Positions 1-13,460 of a stretch of DNA of 64,000 bases are shown here, one piece after another (position 1 is the stretch's first letter; the number at the start of each line of letters is the position of its first letter). The notes under the pieces are model-generated. The model ran no database searches. It had not been told where the DNA came from and saw nothing but the letters and a program-made list of their open reading frames with translations. The position numbers were made by a program, and so were the translations under genes. The stretch spans positions 7,068,001-7,132,000 of the forward strand of contig NC_135830.1 in the NCBI RefSeq assembly GCF_964213995.1. Direction: 5' to 3'. The DNA is from Mustelus asterias. Its lineage: Eukaryota.

Positions 1-575
1 ACTATCTCACACCTCTGCATTCTTGCTCTCACACACTGGCTCTCTCACAATCACTCTCTCACAAACATAGAACATGCACACACTCTAACACACACTCTTA
101 CACACAGACACAGTCTCTCACATAAGCACAGTCTCGCGCACACATTCGCTCTCTCACACACACATGCACTATGCCTCTCACATTCCCTCTTCCGTACACT
201 CTCACTTCGTCTCACACACATTCCCATGCTCTCTCTCTCATACGGACACTTGCACATGTATTCTCTCACACAGGCACATATTTCTCTCTCTTTCACACGC
301 TCACTCCCTTACACATTGTCTCACACACGCACAATCTTGCTCTCAAACACTGTCTCTCACAAACACCCTCTTTTTCACACGCACACAATCTCTCACACAG
401 TCCCTCCTTCTCTTACATACGAAAACACATGTATGTACAATGTATCTCTCTTTAAACACTCCACCTATCACAGACACATGTTCTCTCAACAGTTATTTCA
501 CTCACACACACTCACGCATCCATTCTGTCTAAGTTTCACACTTTTTCTCGCTCACACACACTCTCCCCGCCCCTC

Positions 576-606
<31 letters not shown>

Positions 607-1121
607 TCAAACACCCCACATTGCTTCTATCTCCCACACACATTGTACACATCTTTCGCACTCACACGCCATCCCATGCACAGTTTCACACACTGATGAA
701 CATATTATTTTGCTTTCCAATAGGCACTCCCTCTCACACACACTGTCTTTCACATGAACACAACACTCTCCCACACACACACCCTCCCTCAAGCACACAC
801 ACTCTCTTTCACAGACATCGTGTATCTCAAATAGACACACTCCCTTTCACATCAACATACACACACTCACACACAGAAGTACTCTTTCACACAGACTCCC
901 CACACACACTCTCCCCGCCCCTCCACACACATACATTTTCAAGAAGAGACACACTGTCACACACAAAGAATAACTCTTCAAACACACATTCTGTCTCACA
1001 CACACACATTATCTCACACATCCTTTCTCTCACGTACACTCTCTCCTCTTGCACGCACAGCCCACTGTCTCACCCACGTGCAAACGCATTCTATCATACA
1101 CAGGCATCCTCACACACACGT

Positions 1122-1155
<34 letters not shown>

Positions 1156-1290
1156 CCTCTATCTCTCTCTCTCTCCCTATCGCTCTCTCTGTCACACACA
1201 CCACAGACACACACACACACACTCTCTCTCTCTCTCTCTCTCTCACACACACTTTCGATCTCACATACGTCAGAGTGTCTGTCCTTGACA
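1..1290. repeat. Degenerate (CA)n/(CT)n low-complexity tract
   Basis: Almost G-free CA/CT dinucleotide-rich sequence; produces spurious His/Thr/Ser/Leu ORFs. Confidence 0.95.
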
Positions 1291-1297
1291 CCATAGA

Positions 1298-1605
1298 GTA
1301 GAATCATAGGATGCTACAGTGCAGAAGGAGGCCATTCAGCCCATCGAGTCTGCACCAATAGCAATCCCACCAAAGCCCTATCCCCATAACCACATGTATC
1401 TACCCTAACTAGTCCCCCTGACACTAAGGGGCAATTTAGCACGGCCAATCCACCGAACCCACACATCTTTGGACTGTGGGAGGAAACAGGAGCACCCGAA
1501 GGAAACCCAAACAGACACGGGGGGAACTTGCAAACTCCACACAGACAGTGACCCAAGTCGGGAATCCAACTCTGAGGCAGCAGCGCTAATCACTGTGTCA
1601 CCGCC
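1298..1605 (-). mobile_element. tRNA-derived SINE (shark HE1-like)
   Basis: Same sequence family as 19190-19518 and 50918-51255; CR1-like 3' tail (tagaatcatag) at left end. Confidence 0.8.
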
Positions 1606-2194
1606 ACCGCCCCCCCCGTCCCGACCCCCCCCCCACCCCCCCCCCCCCCCCCCACGACCCCGGTGGCATTTGAATGAGGGTGGGATCAAGGGGCCCGAGT
1701 AAAACTAGTCAATAAGAATCGGCGGGAAATTCTTCTCTGTTTGGAGTCATACTTAGCACAAAGCAACACGGTATTGGTGGTTGGAGGTCAAACATCTAGG
1801 TTCAGATTTCACTGCAGGATTTCGGCAGGGGAGTGTTCTGGGACTAACAATCTTCTACTGCTTCAACAGTGACATTCCATCCAACATGGGGTCAGAAGTA
1901 GGAATTTCCATGTGCTACACCGGACAAAAACACCCAAAAAATAAGAAGGGAATTGGCTGAGACCAAGGCCGCCTGGCTCCCAATACTGGTTGATTCCTGT
2001 GCGACCCATCCTAGTTTTGCTGTCAGCTTCCCTACAGCTCCCTCAGTCTGACTATTTGTTCACTGGTACGTGTTTCTTAAAGAAAGACACCGACATTAAA
2101 GCAGCTGCCCGGTGATTTACACATCCCTGTTACTGAAAGCTGATCAATGTGGAGAATCGGGAAAAGATCGATGGAGAGGAAGAGGTGGAGGTGG

Positions 2195-3690
2195 CCCACT
2201 GACTCTCTCACCCTCACCCACACTTCCTCACTCACGCTCAATCTCTCATCCTCACTCAAAGAACTTGACTCACTCACCCTCACTTACCCACCTTCCCTCG
2301 CTGACACACTCTCACTCATTCATCCCCACTCACAAATCCCAACTCACTCATCCCAACTCACTCATCCCAACTCACTCACCCTTGCTCACTCATCCACCCT
2401 CACACACTCAATTTCACACACTCAACCTCACACACTCAACTTCACACACTCAATTTCACGCACTCAACCTCAGAAACTCACTGATCCTCATTCACCCTGA
2501 GTCACTCACCCTCACACCCTCACTCACTCAAAATCACTCACACACATTCGCTCTCTCACTCTCACCAATCCTCACTCACTCACCCTCATTCACTCACATT
2601 CACACCCTCATTCACTCACCAGCACTCACTCACTCACACTCACTCGCCCTCACACACCCTCATTCACTCACTGTCACTCAGTCACCCACACTCACACGCT
2701 ATCACTCACTCAACCTCACTCACTAACCCTCAGTCACTCACTCAGAGCCTCAGTCACTCACCAACACTCATAGTCACCTTCGTTCACTCATCCCACTAAC
2801 CCATCCTCACTCACCCAGTCTCACTCACTCTCACTCACTCAGTCCACTTATCCACCCTCACTTATCCAGTCTCACTCACTCTCACTCACCCTCATTCACC
2901 CCACTTACCCACCTTCACTCATCCAGTCTCAATCACTCTCACTCACTCACCGCACTTACCCTCCCTCACTCATCCAGTCTCAATCACTCTCACTCACCCT
3001 CACTCACTCTCCCCACTTACCCACCCTCACTCACCCAGACGCACCCCCACACACTCAAGCTCAATTACCCTCTCCCTCTCACGTACGCCACCTGACCCAT
3101 TCAAACTCACTGAGACTCACGCACCTACATTCACTCACACACCCTCACATATTCACCATCACTCACGTTCACCCACCCTAACTCACAGATCCTCAATCAC
3201 TCATCCTCAGTCAAACACCTTTACTCACTCACCTTCACTCATCCACCCATCCGCATTCATTCTCCCTCACACACTCTCACACACCACCCTCAATAACACA
3301 CCCTGACTCACTCATTCTCTCACCCTCACTTACTAAGTCACATTCACTCCTCACCCTCATTCACTCGCTCTCACTCACCCACCTTCACTAACCTTCACGC
3401 ATCCTCACTCACTCACCCTCATTCATTCTCTCTTACCGACACTCACTCACCCACCTTCACTCACACATTCAGCCACCTTCACTCACCCACCCTCTCTCAC
3501 ACACCCTCATTTAGTCACGCTCTCTCACCCACACTCACTCACTCACCCTCAATCACTCATCCTCACTGAAAGAACTTCACTCACTCACCCTCACTTACCC
3601 ACCTTCCGTCACTCACACACCATCACTCATCCACTCTCACTCCTTCAATCGCTCACCCTCACGCACTCACATTCTCTCACTCACACTCGC
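2195..3690. repeat. Degenerate (ACTC)n/(CACTCACCCT)n C-rich repeat
   Basis: Recurrent actcactcaccc units over ~1.5 kb. Confidence 0.95.
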
Positions 3691-3789
3691 TAAACCTGTG
3701 TGTGGAGGTCTGCAACGAGAGAGAAGAAAGATCTCAAGCGGCAGTTAGTTTGGTGTTCAAATGTGGGAGCTGCCCTGCGAATGTGGAGA

Positions 3790-4430
3790 GCTGGGGGGAA
3801 TCCCTGGGGGCTCAGGGCCAAGGACAATGGCAAAGAGCCGTGGAGAACAGGAGGCGTGGTAAAGGGCAGAGAGCCGGGGGGGAAGGGCAGAGAGCCTGGG
3901 GAATGGGCCCACAGCCGGGCAACAGGGCTGAGAGCCGGGAAAGGGCAGAGAGTCAGGAGAAAGCGCAGAGAGCCAGAAGAAAGGGCAGAGAGCTAATAGA
4001 AAGGGCAGGGAGCCAGGTGAAAGGGCAGAGAACCAGGAGAAAGGACAGAGAGACCAGGGAAAGAGGAGAGAGCCAGGATAAAGGGCAGGGAGGCCGGGGA
4101 AAGGACAGAGAGCCGAGGAAAAGGACAAGAGAGCCCAGAGGAAAGGGCAGAGAGTCAAGGGGAAAGGCAGAGAGTCAGGGGGAAAGGGCAGAGAGCCAGG
4201 GGAAAGGGGAAAGTGGATAGGGAGCAGGGACACCGGGCAAAGAGCCGGGGGAAAGGGTAGGGAGCTGAGGGAAAGGGCAGGGAGCCGGGGGAGAGGGGAC
4301 AGAGCTGGAGGGAAGTGTAGAGAGCCAGGTGGAAGTGCGGAGAGCCGGGTGAAAGGGGAAAAGAGCTAGAGGGAATAGCAGAGAGCCAGGGGAAAGCGCA
4401 GAGAGTCGGGGAAAATGGGCAGAGAGTGGG
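3790..4430 (+). repeat. G/purine-rich ~20-bp tandem repeat (consensus ~GAAAGGGCAGAGAGCCAGGG)
   Basis: About 30 imperfect 20-bp units visible directly, strong purine skew on + strand. Confidence 0.9.
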
Positions 4431-5404
4431 TGATCGACGGGCGGAGTGAGGATGTGCAAAATAGACCTAGCACCACAACCAGATCATCTGTAATCTCAGT
4501 GAATAATGGAGGAGACTTCAGGGCCCGAATGGCCAACTCTTGCTATTAATGTCTGACCCTTCAATTAGACAATGTTGCAATTATTTGAATTTGTAATCAC
4601 ATTGAGAGTTTCCTGGTCATTCAGTAAGTATTCATTCCGAAGGTAGTTTTGAAGCAAAGTCACCAATCTTCGTTTTGTGGAGTGAGAGGCAGTGAGTTGG
4701 AGAGAGGAAGGGACATCAGTTAGTTTGAACACAGGCAATAGCCAAAACTACAATGTGGATATGCCGACGCTAGGTTGGGGTGGGCACAGTAAGGAGTCTC
4801 ACAACACCAGGTTAAAGTACAACAGGCTTATTTGGAATCGTGAGCTTTTGGAGCTCTTTCATCAGGTGAGTGGCTGATATGAATGAAGAGACAAGTTCTT
4901 CATCACAAAGTGCTGTTGTTTGAGAAATAGCTCGTGCCTGAAGTAATGGAGAAACTCTTTACACTTCTCTGTTAATCTAATGAATGGTATGTCATTACAA
5001 TGACATCAAAATGTTTTTGTCTTTCCAACCTGATAGAGGTCGAGACAGTGATGTGAGTTTCTACAAAGATGGCGATTCTCAAATGATAGGAGTAACAGAA
5101 TCTGAAAGGTGTATGTAGGTCTTAATCGGGAAATATTAAGTTAAGTTCATAATTCGAGACAAATCGTGATGTAGAAACATAGAAAATAGAAGCAGGAGTA
5201 GGCCATTCGGCCCTTTGACCCTGCTCTACCATTCACTTTAATCACAGCTCATCAATATCCTGACCCCGTCTACTACCCATATCCATTCATCCCTTTAGCC
5301 CCAAGAGCTATACCTAATATAGAAACTTACTTGTATAAATATGTTTGACAAATTAATAAACGCAGATAAGAGTCTAACTTGTTTAATCGACTATTCTTTC
5401 CCAG

Positions 5405-5704
5405 CGACACCGTCTCCGCCCACTCTCTACAGCCTGATCTCCTCCTGTCAGCAACACAACACCGGCGGCTCCGTCACCTATGGCTGTCTGGCGATGGACT
5501 ACTCCCCAGAAATCACCAGTCTCACCTGGAAGAAAAATGGACAGCTGATCACCACTGGATTTAAGACTTACCCATCAGTGAGAAACACGAAGGGAACCTA
5601 TACCCTGAGCAGCCAGTTAACCATCACCCAGTCAAAGGGAAAGTGCAGCAAAATCGACTGTGAGGTTCGACACAGCGGCTCAGTCAAGAGCATTGGAATG
5701 CAAT
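5405..5704 (+). CDS. IGHM: IgM heavy chain Cmu1 exon
   Basis: ttcccag acceptor, gtaagt donor, phase 1; [17 protein letters not shown]...[18 protein letters not shown]...CEVRHSGS, C1-set domain typical of shark Cmu1. Confidence 0.95.
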
Positions 5705-6663
5705 GTAAGTGTTGTGGAACTTGGGCAAGACAGGAACGCACCGATTGAACTGTATAAGGCCTTAGTTATAACTGATCTGTAGCATTCTGAAAAATTGAAT
5801 TATGCAAAATCCAGGTAAGTGCCTCCTGACTGAAAAGTTGCTCAGAATCAAAGAACAACAGAAATGATACTGTGCAGAATGAGGTCATTTAGCCCATCAT
5901 GTCTGTGCTGGCCAAAGGGGAGAACAAATAAACTAGCCAGACAAGTTAAGTCTATTTTCCAGCCCTTGCTCCGTAGCATTGCAGGTTAAAGCACTTGAGA
6001 TGCAGACCCAGATACCTTTTAAATGACCATGCTCCCTGGTAATTGAGCCCTCCACTTGGGGAATGAATTATTTTTGCCTACGTCCCTTATTTTTTTGTGA
6101 ACCACAATTATGTCACGCCTCAGCCTCCTCTTTTCCTAAAGAGAACAAACCCTGCCTATCCAATCTCGCCTCATGGCGGGAATTTTCAGTCCCTGGCAAC
6201 ATTCTTGTAAACCTCATCTCTCGCCAGAGTCATTACGTTATTCCTGCAACGTGGTGACCAGAACTGTACAGCAAACTCCAAACGTGGCCTAACTAGGTTT
6301 TATACAGCTCCATCATTGCATCACTGTTTTTGCATTCAATATCTCACATAATAGAGAAACTAATCTGATATGCTTTCTTGATCAACTTTTCCAGCTGCCC
6401 TACCATCTACAAGGACCTGTGGACGTGCACTCTAAGGTCTTGCATTTCCTCAATCCCTCTTAACATTCCAGTTTATTTCCTTGCTTTGTTTTCCCTTCCC
6501 AAATGCATTGTGTGGCACTTTTGACGGTTGAATTTCTCTGCCAATTCAACCAAACCATGGATATAATTCTCAAATCGGCAGCTATCGTGCTAAAATAAAA
6601 GAACTAATTTTAATTGATGTCAATTGAATCTTCAAGTAACATCTGAACATTTGTTTGTTGAAG

Positions 6664-6975
6664 GCCCAATCGTTATCACCCCAACCGTTATCCTCACCGT
6701 GAGTTCCAGTGAAGAAATCACCAGCAGAAAATTTGCAACCATCGTCTGTTCAATCATTGATTTCCAGCCAAAGTCAATGACGGTGGAGTGGCTGAAGAAT
6801 GGACAACCCATGAATTCAGGAATTGTCACCTCTCCCGCCTGTGAAGTGAATGGGAACTTCTCGGCCAGCAGTCGGTTGACAGTCTCCGCTCAGGAATGGT
6901 TCAGCAAAGCGGTCTACACCTGCCAGGTCACTCATCAAGGATTCACTCAGAGTCAGAACATCAGCGGATCTCTGG
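6664..6975 (+). CDS. IGHM: IgM heavy chain Cmu2 exon
   Basis: gaag acceptor, gtaag donor, phase 1; [41 protein letters not shown]...YTCQVTH. Confidence 0.95.
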
Positions 6976-7888
6976 GTAAGAGACTCAAACCGAGAAAAAA
7001 ATTATTCCGCTGTTAATCGAAATTAGGGATCTATTAAAGTTAATACAAAGCATAGAACAACTTCTAAGTTATTGTCATGTAGTTTGCTGCATTGGGACAG
7101 TGCCCCATTCAGAACTTCATCACAACATCAATTTTTGTTATTCCTTCATGAGATGTGCATTTGTGGCCCATCCCGGAGGCCACTTAAGTGTCAACCACGT
7201 TACTGTGGATCTGGAGTCACATGCATGCCAGGCCAGATAAAGACAACAGATTTACTTTTCTAAACGGCATTCGTGAACCAGGTGGGTTTTTACAACAACG
7301 GCTTCATGATGATCATTTGACTTTTAATCATAGATTTTTACTAAATTCAAATTTCACCATCTGCAGTGGTGAGATTCGAATCTGTGTCCCCAGAGTCGTG
7401 CCCTGGGTTACAAGACCATTGGCAACACCACCATGCCACTGCCTCCCCTTGAAATAGTGTTCCCTTCCATTTTGAAGTAACACAGTAAGCGAGGTGGTCT
7501 TGATGTCAGCTTTTTCCTGAGATAGCTGGAAAGATTTGGAGAGACAGTCGGTGTCGGACTGTTTCACAGGTCACAGCATAGGGGTAAAATATTGGGAAGT
7601 GCATCCACCCTACTTATAAACTAACTGCCAGTACTTGGTTCCTGAGTTCAGGAATGGTATATTTGTTGGGGAATACTGCAATGTTGATTCATGAGAATGA
7701 TACCGCTGCTAAAATACTTGAACAAAAAGAGAATAATTTCACAGAGCAGGCTGGTTTTCCATCCTCCATAGAGGTTGAAAGGTGATAGAGGTTGATATAT
7801 CGAAGGCAACTTCGTCTCCTTCAGGCTGAAGACTGCTGTCCTGCTTCTGAAGAGGGAACTAGGGTTGATTTTCATTTTTCATTCACAG

Positions 7889-8197
7889 ATCCTCCCCAGT
7901 GCCCTGATACCACAGTGACGATACAGCCACCACCAATAGAACAGGTCTTACTGGAGGCGACCGTGACCTTAACCTGCATCATTTCTCATGCTCCTTATGG
8001 AGTCAATGTGTCCTGGATCCGAGACAGGAAGTATTTGAAATCAGAGATTGCCGAAAAGCCAGGAGCGAATCCTGACAGCGTGGTCAGCAACTTAAACATC
8101 TCGACACAAGCCTGGCTGAGTGCGGCTGTGTTTGACTGCGTGGTGAGCCATCAGGATCTGCCGACTCCTTTAAGAAAATCCATCCACAAGGAAACAG
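7889..8197 (+). CDS. IGHM: IgM heavy chain Cmu3 exon
   Basis: ttcacag acceptor, gtgag donor; [17 protein letters not shown]...VSW...[22 protein letters not shown]. Confidence 0.95.
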
Positions 8198-8698
8198 GTG
8201 AGCTGAGAGATTGAAGCAATAAATGTGTCACTGTGTCTATTTCCAGTGTCAGTGTACTGGTCAATATTCAGTATTCAGTGCATTAATGGTGTCCCCTGAG
8301 TGGAAACTCTACTAACTAAAAACTGGGGGTTGTAGATATTTTTACGGGGAAATTTGATGTGTTGATGAATGAAAAGTGAACTGAAGGCGATGTTATTGGG
8401 TTGAGATCGAATAACGAGGGAGGAGCCTGATGTGGAGCATAAAAACCAGAAAACCAAAAATAAAGCCGATCAGTTGGGCCGAATAGCCTGATTCTGTGCT
8501 GTAAAATTTCTGAAACTTCCCAGTCCAGCCCCCTGAGTTATTTGAGAAAATAATTGTGTTCACCTCTGCTCCAAACTGGAAGTCAAAAATGGAAACATTT
8601 AAAATCGAAATGAAGCACATTTTTCTTATATCTAGCCAGCAGTTTCATTGTCTCCAGAATTCTCCAGTTTATTGACATTTATTGTACATTTTCTGCAG

Positions 8699-9090
8699 AT
8701 CCAAATCCGCGGGAACCGTTCGTCTCTGTCCTCTTGCCCTCGGCAGAAGAAGTCTCCGCTCAGAGATTCGTCTCCCTCAGCTGCTTAGTGAGACGTTTCT
8801 CCCCTCGAGAGATCTTCGTCAAGTGGACCGTCAACGACAAGCCGGTGAATCCTGGGAACTATAAGAACACCGAGGTGGTCGCGGAGAGCGGGAATAGCTC
8901 CTTCTTCATGTACAGCCTGTTATCCATTGCAGCAGAGGAATGGTCCAGCGGCGCTTCTTACTCCTGTGTGGTGGGACATGAAGCCATCCCCTTGAAGATC
9001 ATCAACAGAACAGTTGACAAATCCAGCGGTAAACCCAGTTTTGTGAACATTTCCCTTGCACTGATGGACACCGTTAATTCATGTCAATGA
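8699..9090 (+). CDS. IGHM: IgM heavy chain Cmu4 exon plus secretory tailpiece (internal donor after 9028 for membrane form)
   Basis: ctgcag acceptor; [18 protein letters not shown]...[11 protein letters not shown]; tail [20 protein letters not shown] with N-glycan sequon and penultimate Cys; G|GTAAA internal donor. Confidence 0.97.
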
Positions 9091-9117
9091 GAATCACTCG
9101 GTTACATTAAAAACTTC

Positions 9118-9132
9118 AATAAAAAGAATAAA
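9118..9132 (+). terminator. Secretory-form polyadenylation signals (two AATAAA)
   Basis: AATAAA at 9118-9123 and 9127-9132, ~30-40 nt after the secretory stop. Confidence 0.85.
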
Positions 9133-10189
9133 ATCTTTTTCCTCCAACGATAAATGAAATACCCAATTGCTTAATTGATTGGTTTTCAATTTTACTTCCA
9201 CTATGTATCTTTGGTTTGAGTCAGGTATTTTCACGTCTCGGGCCCAAGCCTTGTTGAACCAGTGCACCCAGCTCAGATACACCCTGGGTTAGAGACAGAG
9301 TAGAGCACATTCATTACAGGATTCTGCAAAATATCTTCACCGACTTTCCTCCCACTGAGGAGAAATCTGACAATTTCAACATTTCTGACAAACAAACACA
9401 ATTTAGATCTCGGTGTTCCTGCTTCTCTCATTGTCCATGCCTTTACCATTGATGTCAGCTTTAAGCTGCTGCACCACACCCACTGGGAACTGAAGTGAGG
9501 GTCACACACAAACATGGAGCAACAATCCCCCCCATCAGAGAGAGGGGAGAGTGAAATTGTGAACATACCGGATTCCTACTCACCCAACAAAGAGAGGGGA
9601 GGAGCAGTAGCTAACCCATGTACCACCACTTCCTCAATGAAAAGAGGAGGAATGTCATTATTTAATCCACTCACCTCCACCTCGTCAGTGGTTAGAACCA
9701 TCAGGCACATTGCTTCACCGGGTAGAGAGAGGGAAATTATGAGCTCACTCTCCTCCCTCTTCGCAAGTAACGTGTTTGGAAGGGACCAGCTCTCTACTAG
9801 AAGAACCCAGTTGCCAACAGTACAAATTAGCTTCTGGCTTATTTGCTGCAGAGTTTGAAGTATCATTATCCTAATCAATGTGATGCATATATACTTATGC
9901 AACATAATTTTAAAATGTTTCTGCACTCTTGTTCCTGTTAATCATGTCCTGGCATTGATTTCCCATAATGCAAATTGAAACAAATGGTTGAATCCTCCCC
10001 GGTTTTTACTGTTCTGTCCCTGATGTTTCTGAGATGCATCAATGAATGATTTCATTCGTTCTCCTGATATCCCCGTGCCACTCACATAAACTACATTCAT
10101 ACAGCAAAACATTGAAAATATGCTCCATTATTCGTATTGTTTGGATCATTTTCAGTTAATGATTGCGGTGAAACTTGGAGCAACAGCTA

Positions 10190-12160
10190 AAAAATACACA
10201 CACTGACAATACTCCACAAAACTGTCACAATTATAAATACACACATAAGCGCACACACACACACTCACACTCACACACATACACACACACACATCGACAC
10301 AAATGCACAACTACACACACAAATACACATACTCACACATATGCACACAAATACAGAAAGACACATGTAAATATACACACACAAACGCATGCATATACCC
10401 CCACACACATACATATACAGAAATAGGGACAGGCACATTCAAATACAGACACAGAAACACACAAATACACAACAGATACACTTTCACACACCATAGGTAC
10501 ACTCAATACTTGCACAGACGAACACACATGCAGAGAAACAAGAATGCACACACAAATGCACTCATGGGCAAAACATGCACAAACAAAAATACACACTTAC
10601 ACAAATACACCCACACAAAAATACACCCAGACACAAACACATCCGTACACAAATATACATAGGGACACACCCATTCTCTCTCTCTCTTTCTCTCTCACAC
10701 ACACACACACATACACACGCACACACACACACACACACATAAGAACATAAGAAATAGGAGCAGGAGTAGGCCATCTGGCCCTTCGAGCTTGCCCCGCCAT
10801 TCAACAAGATCATGGCTGATCTGAAGCGAATCAGTTCCACTTACCCGCCTGCTCCCCATATCCCCTAATTCCCTTATCGATCAGAAAACTATCTACCCGT
10901 GATTTAAGCATATTCAACGAGGAAGCCTCCACCACTTCAATGGGCAGAGAATTCCAGAGATTCACTACCCTCTGAGAGAAGAAGTTCCCCCTCAACTCTG
11001 TTCTGAACCGGCCCCCCCTTATTTTGAGGCTGTGCCCTCTAGTTCTGGTTTCCCTTCTAAGTGGAATGAATCTCGCCACCTCGACCCTATCCAGCCCCTT
11101 CATTATCTTATATGTCTCTATAAGATCACCCCTCATCCTTCTAAACTCACATACGAACACATAGACACGCGCTCTTGTACAAACAGACACTAAAACAACA
11201 ACATACACACACATAATCAAATATGTACAAACGCACACATGTACACATGAAACACACAAGTACATACACATACACATACGTGAGTAGGTACAGACCCAAA
11301 CACAAACACATACATGCATAGACACAATACAGACAGATACACACGCATGCAGACCCACATAAATACACAAGCACATACTTAGACTCAAATAAATACATAT
11401 ATTAGCACACGTTCACGCTGATAGGAATATAGATATAAAGACACACAATGTTATACACATTCACAAACATATATGGAAATACATATAAACAAATCACCAG
11501 ACTGCATATAGAAGAACAGACAGCAAAACATTTACACACAAACATGTTGACGCAAACATTAACATGCTCATAGAACAGAACACCATAGCACACATTACTA
11601 CACATCGAAACACAAATATACATCAACGCACCGTTATAAAGAATGTCAACACGTGTATACATACACTGACATGTTAACAGGCGTGCACACAGACACATGG
11701 AGAAACAGACGCACACAGAAAGGGAAACAGTAAGTAGTCACCTGATGATGGGGCAACGCTCCGAAAGCTCGTGCAACCAAATAAACCTGTTGGACTTTAA
11801 CCTGGTGTTGTGAGACTACTTACTGTGCCGACCCCAGTCCAACGCCGGCAACTCCACAGAAAGGGAAACAAACATTACTAGAGTGACAGAAATTAACACA
11901 GAGCAATAGGCATAAACACATGTGCACGCATTAAGAATGGCATTAATATATATTCATAGACTTCACACAATAATAGAGTCATATATACACAATGACAAAA
12001 GAATAAAATATGCGCACAGATGCAGACACACAACTACACAAATCAACAATCACTGGCAAATGTACGCGCACATTAACACTCATAATCACATATTAACTCA
12101 GAGCCAAAGATTAATGCAGAGCACGAGATGCTCATGCATACGCACACAAATGCAAAATCT
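10190..12160. repeat. Degenerate (CA/TA)n tract with nested CR1 3' fragment (10738-11146, minus) and Penelope-derived insert
   Basis: Low-complexity CA/TA sequence; nested segment encodes RRMRGDLIETYKIMKG...FFSQRVVNLWNSLP (CR1 ORF2 C-terminus). Confidence 0.85.
11730..11854 (+). mobile_element. Penelope-like element terminal fragment with minimal hammerhead motif (11739-11773)
   Basis: CAC-CTGATGA-tGGGGCaacGCTCC-GAAAGCTC-GTG; flanked by direct repeat CACAGAAAGGGAAACA (11714-11729, 11855-11870). Confidence 0.7.
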
Positions 12161-12729
12161 TCAATACAAACGGTAGGCAAATGATGAAAGTACAATTTAA
12201 ACGTGACTTTTTAATGGAGATATCCACAGATTTATTATCCCAATGTACAATGAACATATAAACACGCTGAGAAACTGAATTAAGCTCACGGTCTACTAAA
12301 TATTTCCACCATAAAGAAGCACAGATCGGAAATTACATCCCAACTCTTAAACAACAACATTCACAGTTTACAGATCAGTAACCATCTGTGAAAACAATCA
12401 TTGATCAGTGAACGTTCCTCGATATCAGTGATAATACTCTTCAATAAGGGATAGTTCCGAATTGTTAAAAAATCAACTGATTTTCAAGAAAACACCTTCA
12501 GTGCTTTCTGACATGGACTGTCCAAGGAATGTCAATAAAGATCAGGTGTGAAAATAGTTACGGAGGTCGGTTACTGACTGTCCTGAGCTTAAGAGTAGAT
12601 ATACATTGAAAATTAAGTTCAAGAATAAATGAACAGTTTAAAAAGGAGAACGGGGAGAAGAAAAATAACAATAAGATTACCTGGATAAATAAAGTAATCT
12701 AATTTCATATCCTGGTCTCCGTCCCCTAG

Positions 12730-12857
12730 ACTCCACCGACCGCATCTGGATTGAAGACAATGAGGATGATAACAGTAACATCTGGACAACGGCTTCCACA
12801 TTCATTGTCCTGTTCTTCCTGAGCATTTTCTACAGCACTGCGGTCACTCTGGTGAAG
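12730..12857 (+). CDS. IGHM: IgM TM1 exon
   Basis: cccctag acceptor, gtgag donor; (D)STDRIWIEDNEDDNSNIWTTASTFIVLFFLSIFYSTAVTLVK with conserved IgM transmembrane (CART) motif; in frame with Cmu4 internal donor. Confidence 0.95.
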
Positions 12858-12993
12858 GTGAGATGATTGAATGCACTCACATATCAAACTGACAGAATGG
12901 ACTTGAAAAATCTCTCAATGTTCCATTAAAAACTCTAACTTTAATATCCCGCATCATAAACAACTGCTTCATTATTGTATCTTTCTTTTACAG

Positions 12994-13002
12994 ATCAAGT
13001 GA
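12994..13002 (+). CDS. IGHM: IgM TM2 exon (IK*)
   Basis: tttacag acceptor then ATC AAG TGA, giving the K-I-K cytoplasmic tail. Confidence 0.9.
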   Translation: MK

Positions 13003-13454
13003 TGGCTTGAATTTTGGATGCTGCAGATTTCCCTCAGCTGATTATTATGATCTCCGTATGACACAAATACAATATCTGCTCTTGGTGACTCTATCAGTCA
13101 AATTCTCTCCGTTTATCATTCTGAATCTGTAACTGAGACAATCGTAGACGGTATTTCCGTTTTCAGAGTGAAAAGTACGAGGCATTTTTTGTTATAATGT
13201 AATTGTGGTTAACAGTTTCCCCATAGTTTAAATATCATGTATAAATAAGAAACTTTTCTCATTCCTTATCCATATTTGTTAATTCCTCTTTCTATTAAGG
13301 TCCTGTTTTCTCTTTCTGGTGTATGTAACAGATGTACAAATATTGACGGATTCCCTGTGCATGTGTTGTGTTCTCAATGTGAAGCTCGATCGTTAAATTC
13401 ACTTTTCTAACTTTAAAAAATAATGTCGCTGTAAAATATTCTCTGAATTTTTAA

Positions 13455-13460
13455 AATAAA
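13455..13460 (+). terminator. Probable membrane-form polyadenylation signal
   Basis: AATAAA ~450 nt after TM2 stop. Confidence 0.6.

Noticed and set aside
51-4459. Many long ORFs rich in His/Thr/Ser/Leu or Arg/Glu/Gly
   Set aside because: Translations of simple and tandem repeats; no domain or splice structure
1-5404. JH, DH or VH of the IgM cluster
   Set aside because: No RSS-flanked segment or WGxG motif found; presumably upstream of the window
9273-9926. Overlapping ~100-aa ORFs on both strands just after the secretory polyA
   Set aside because: No recognisable domain, no Ig Cys/Trp spacing, interrupted by stops; cannot support an extra exon
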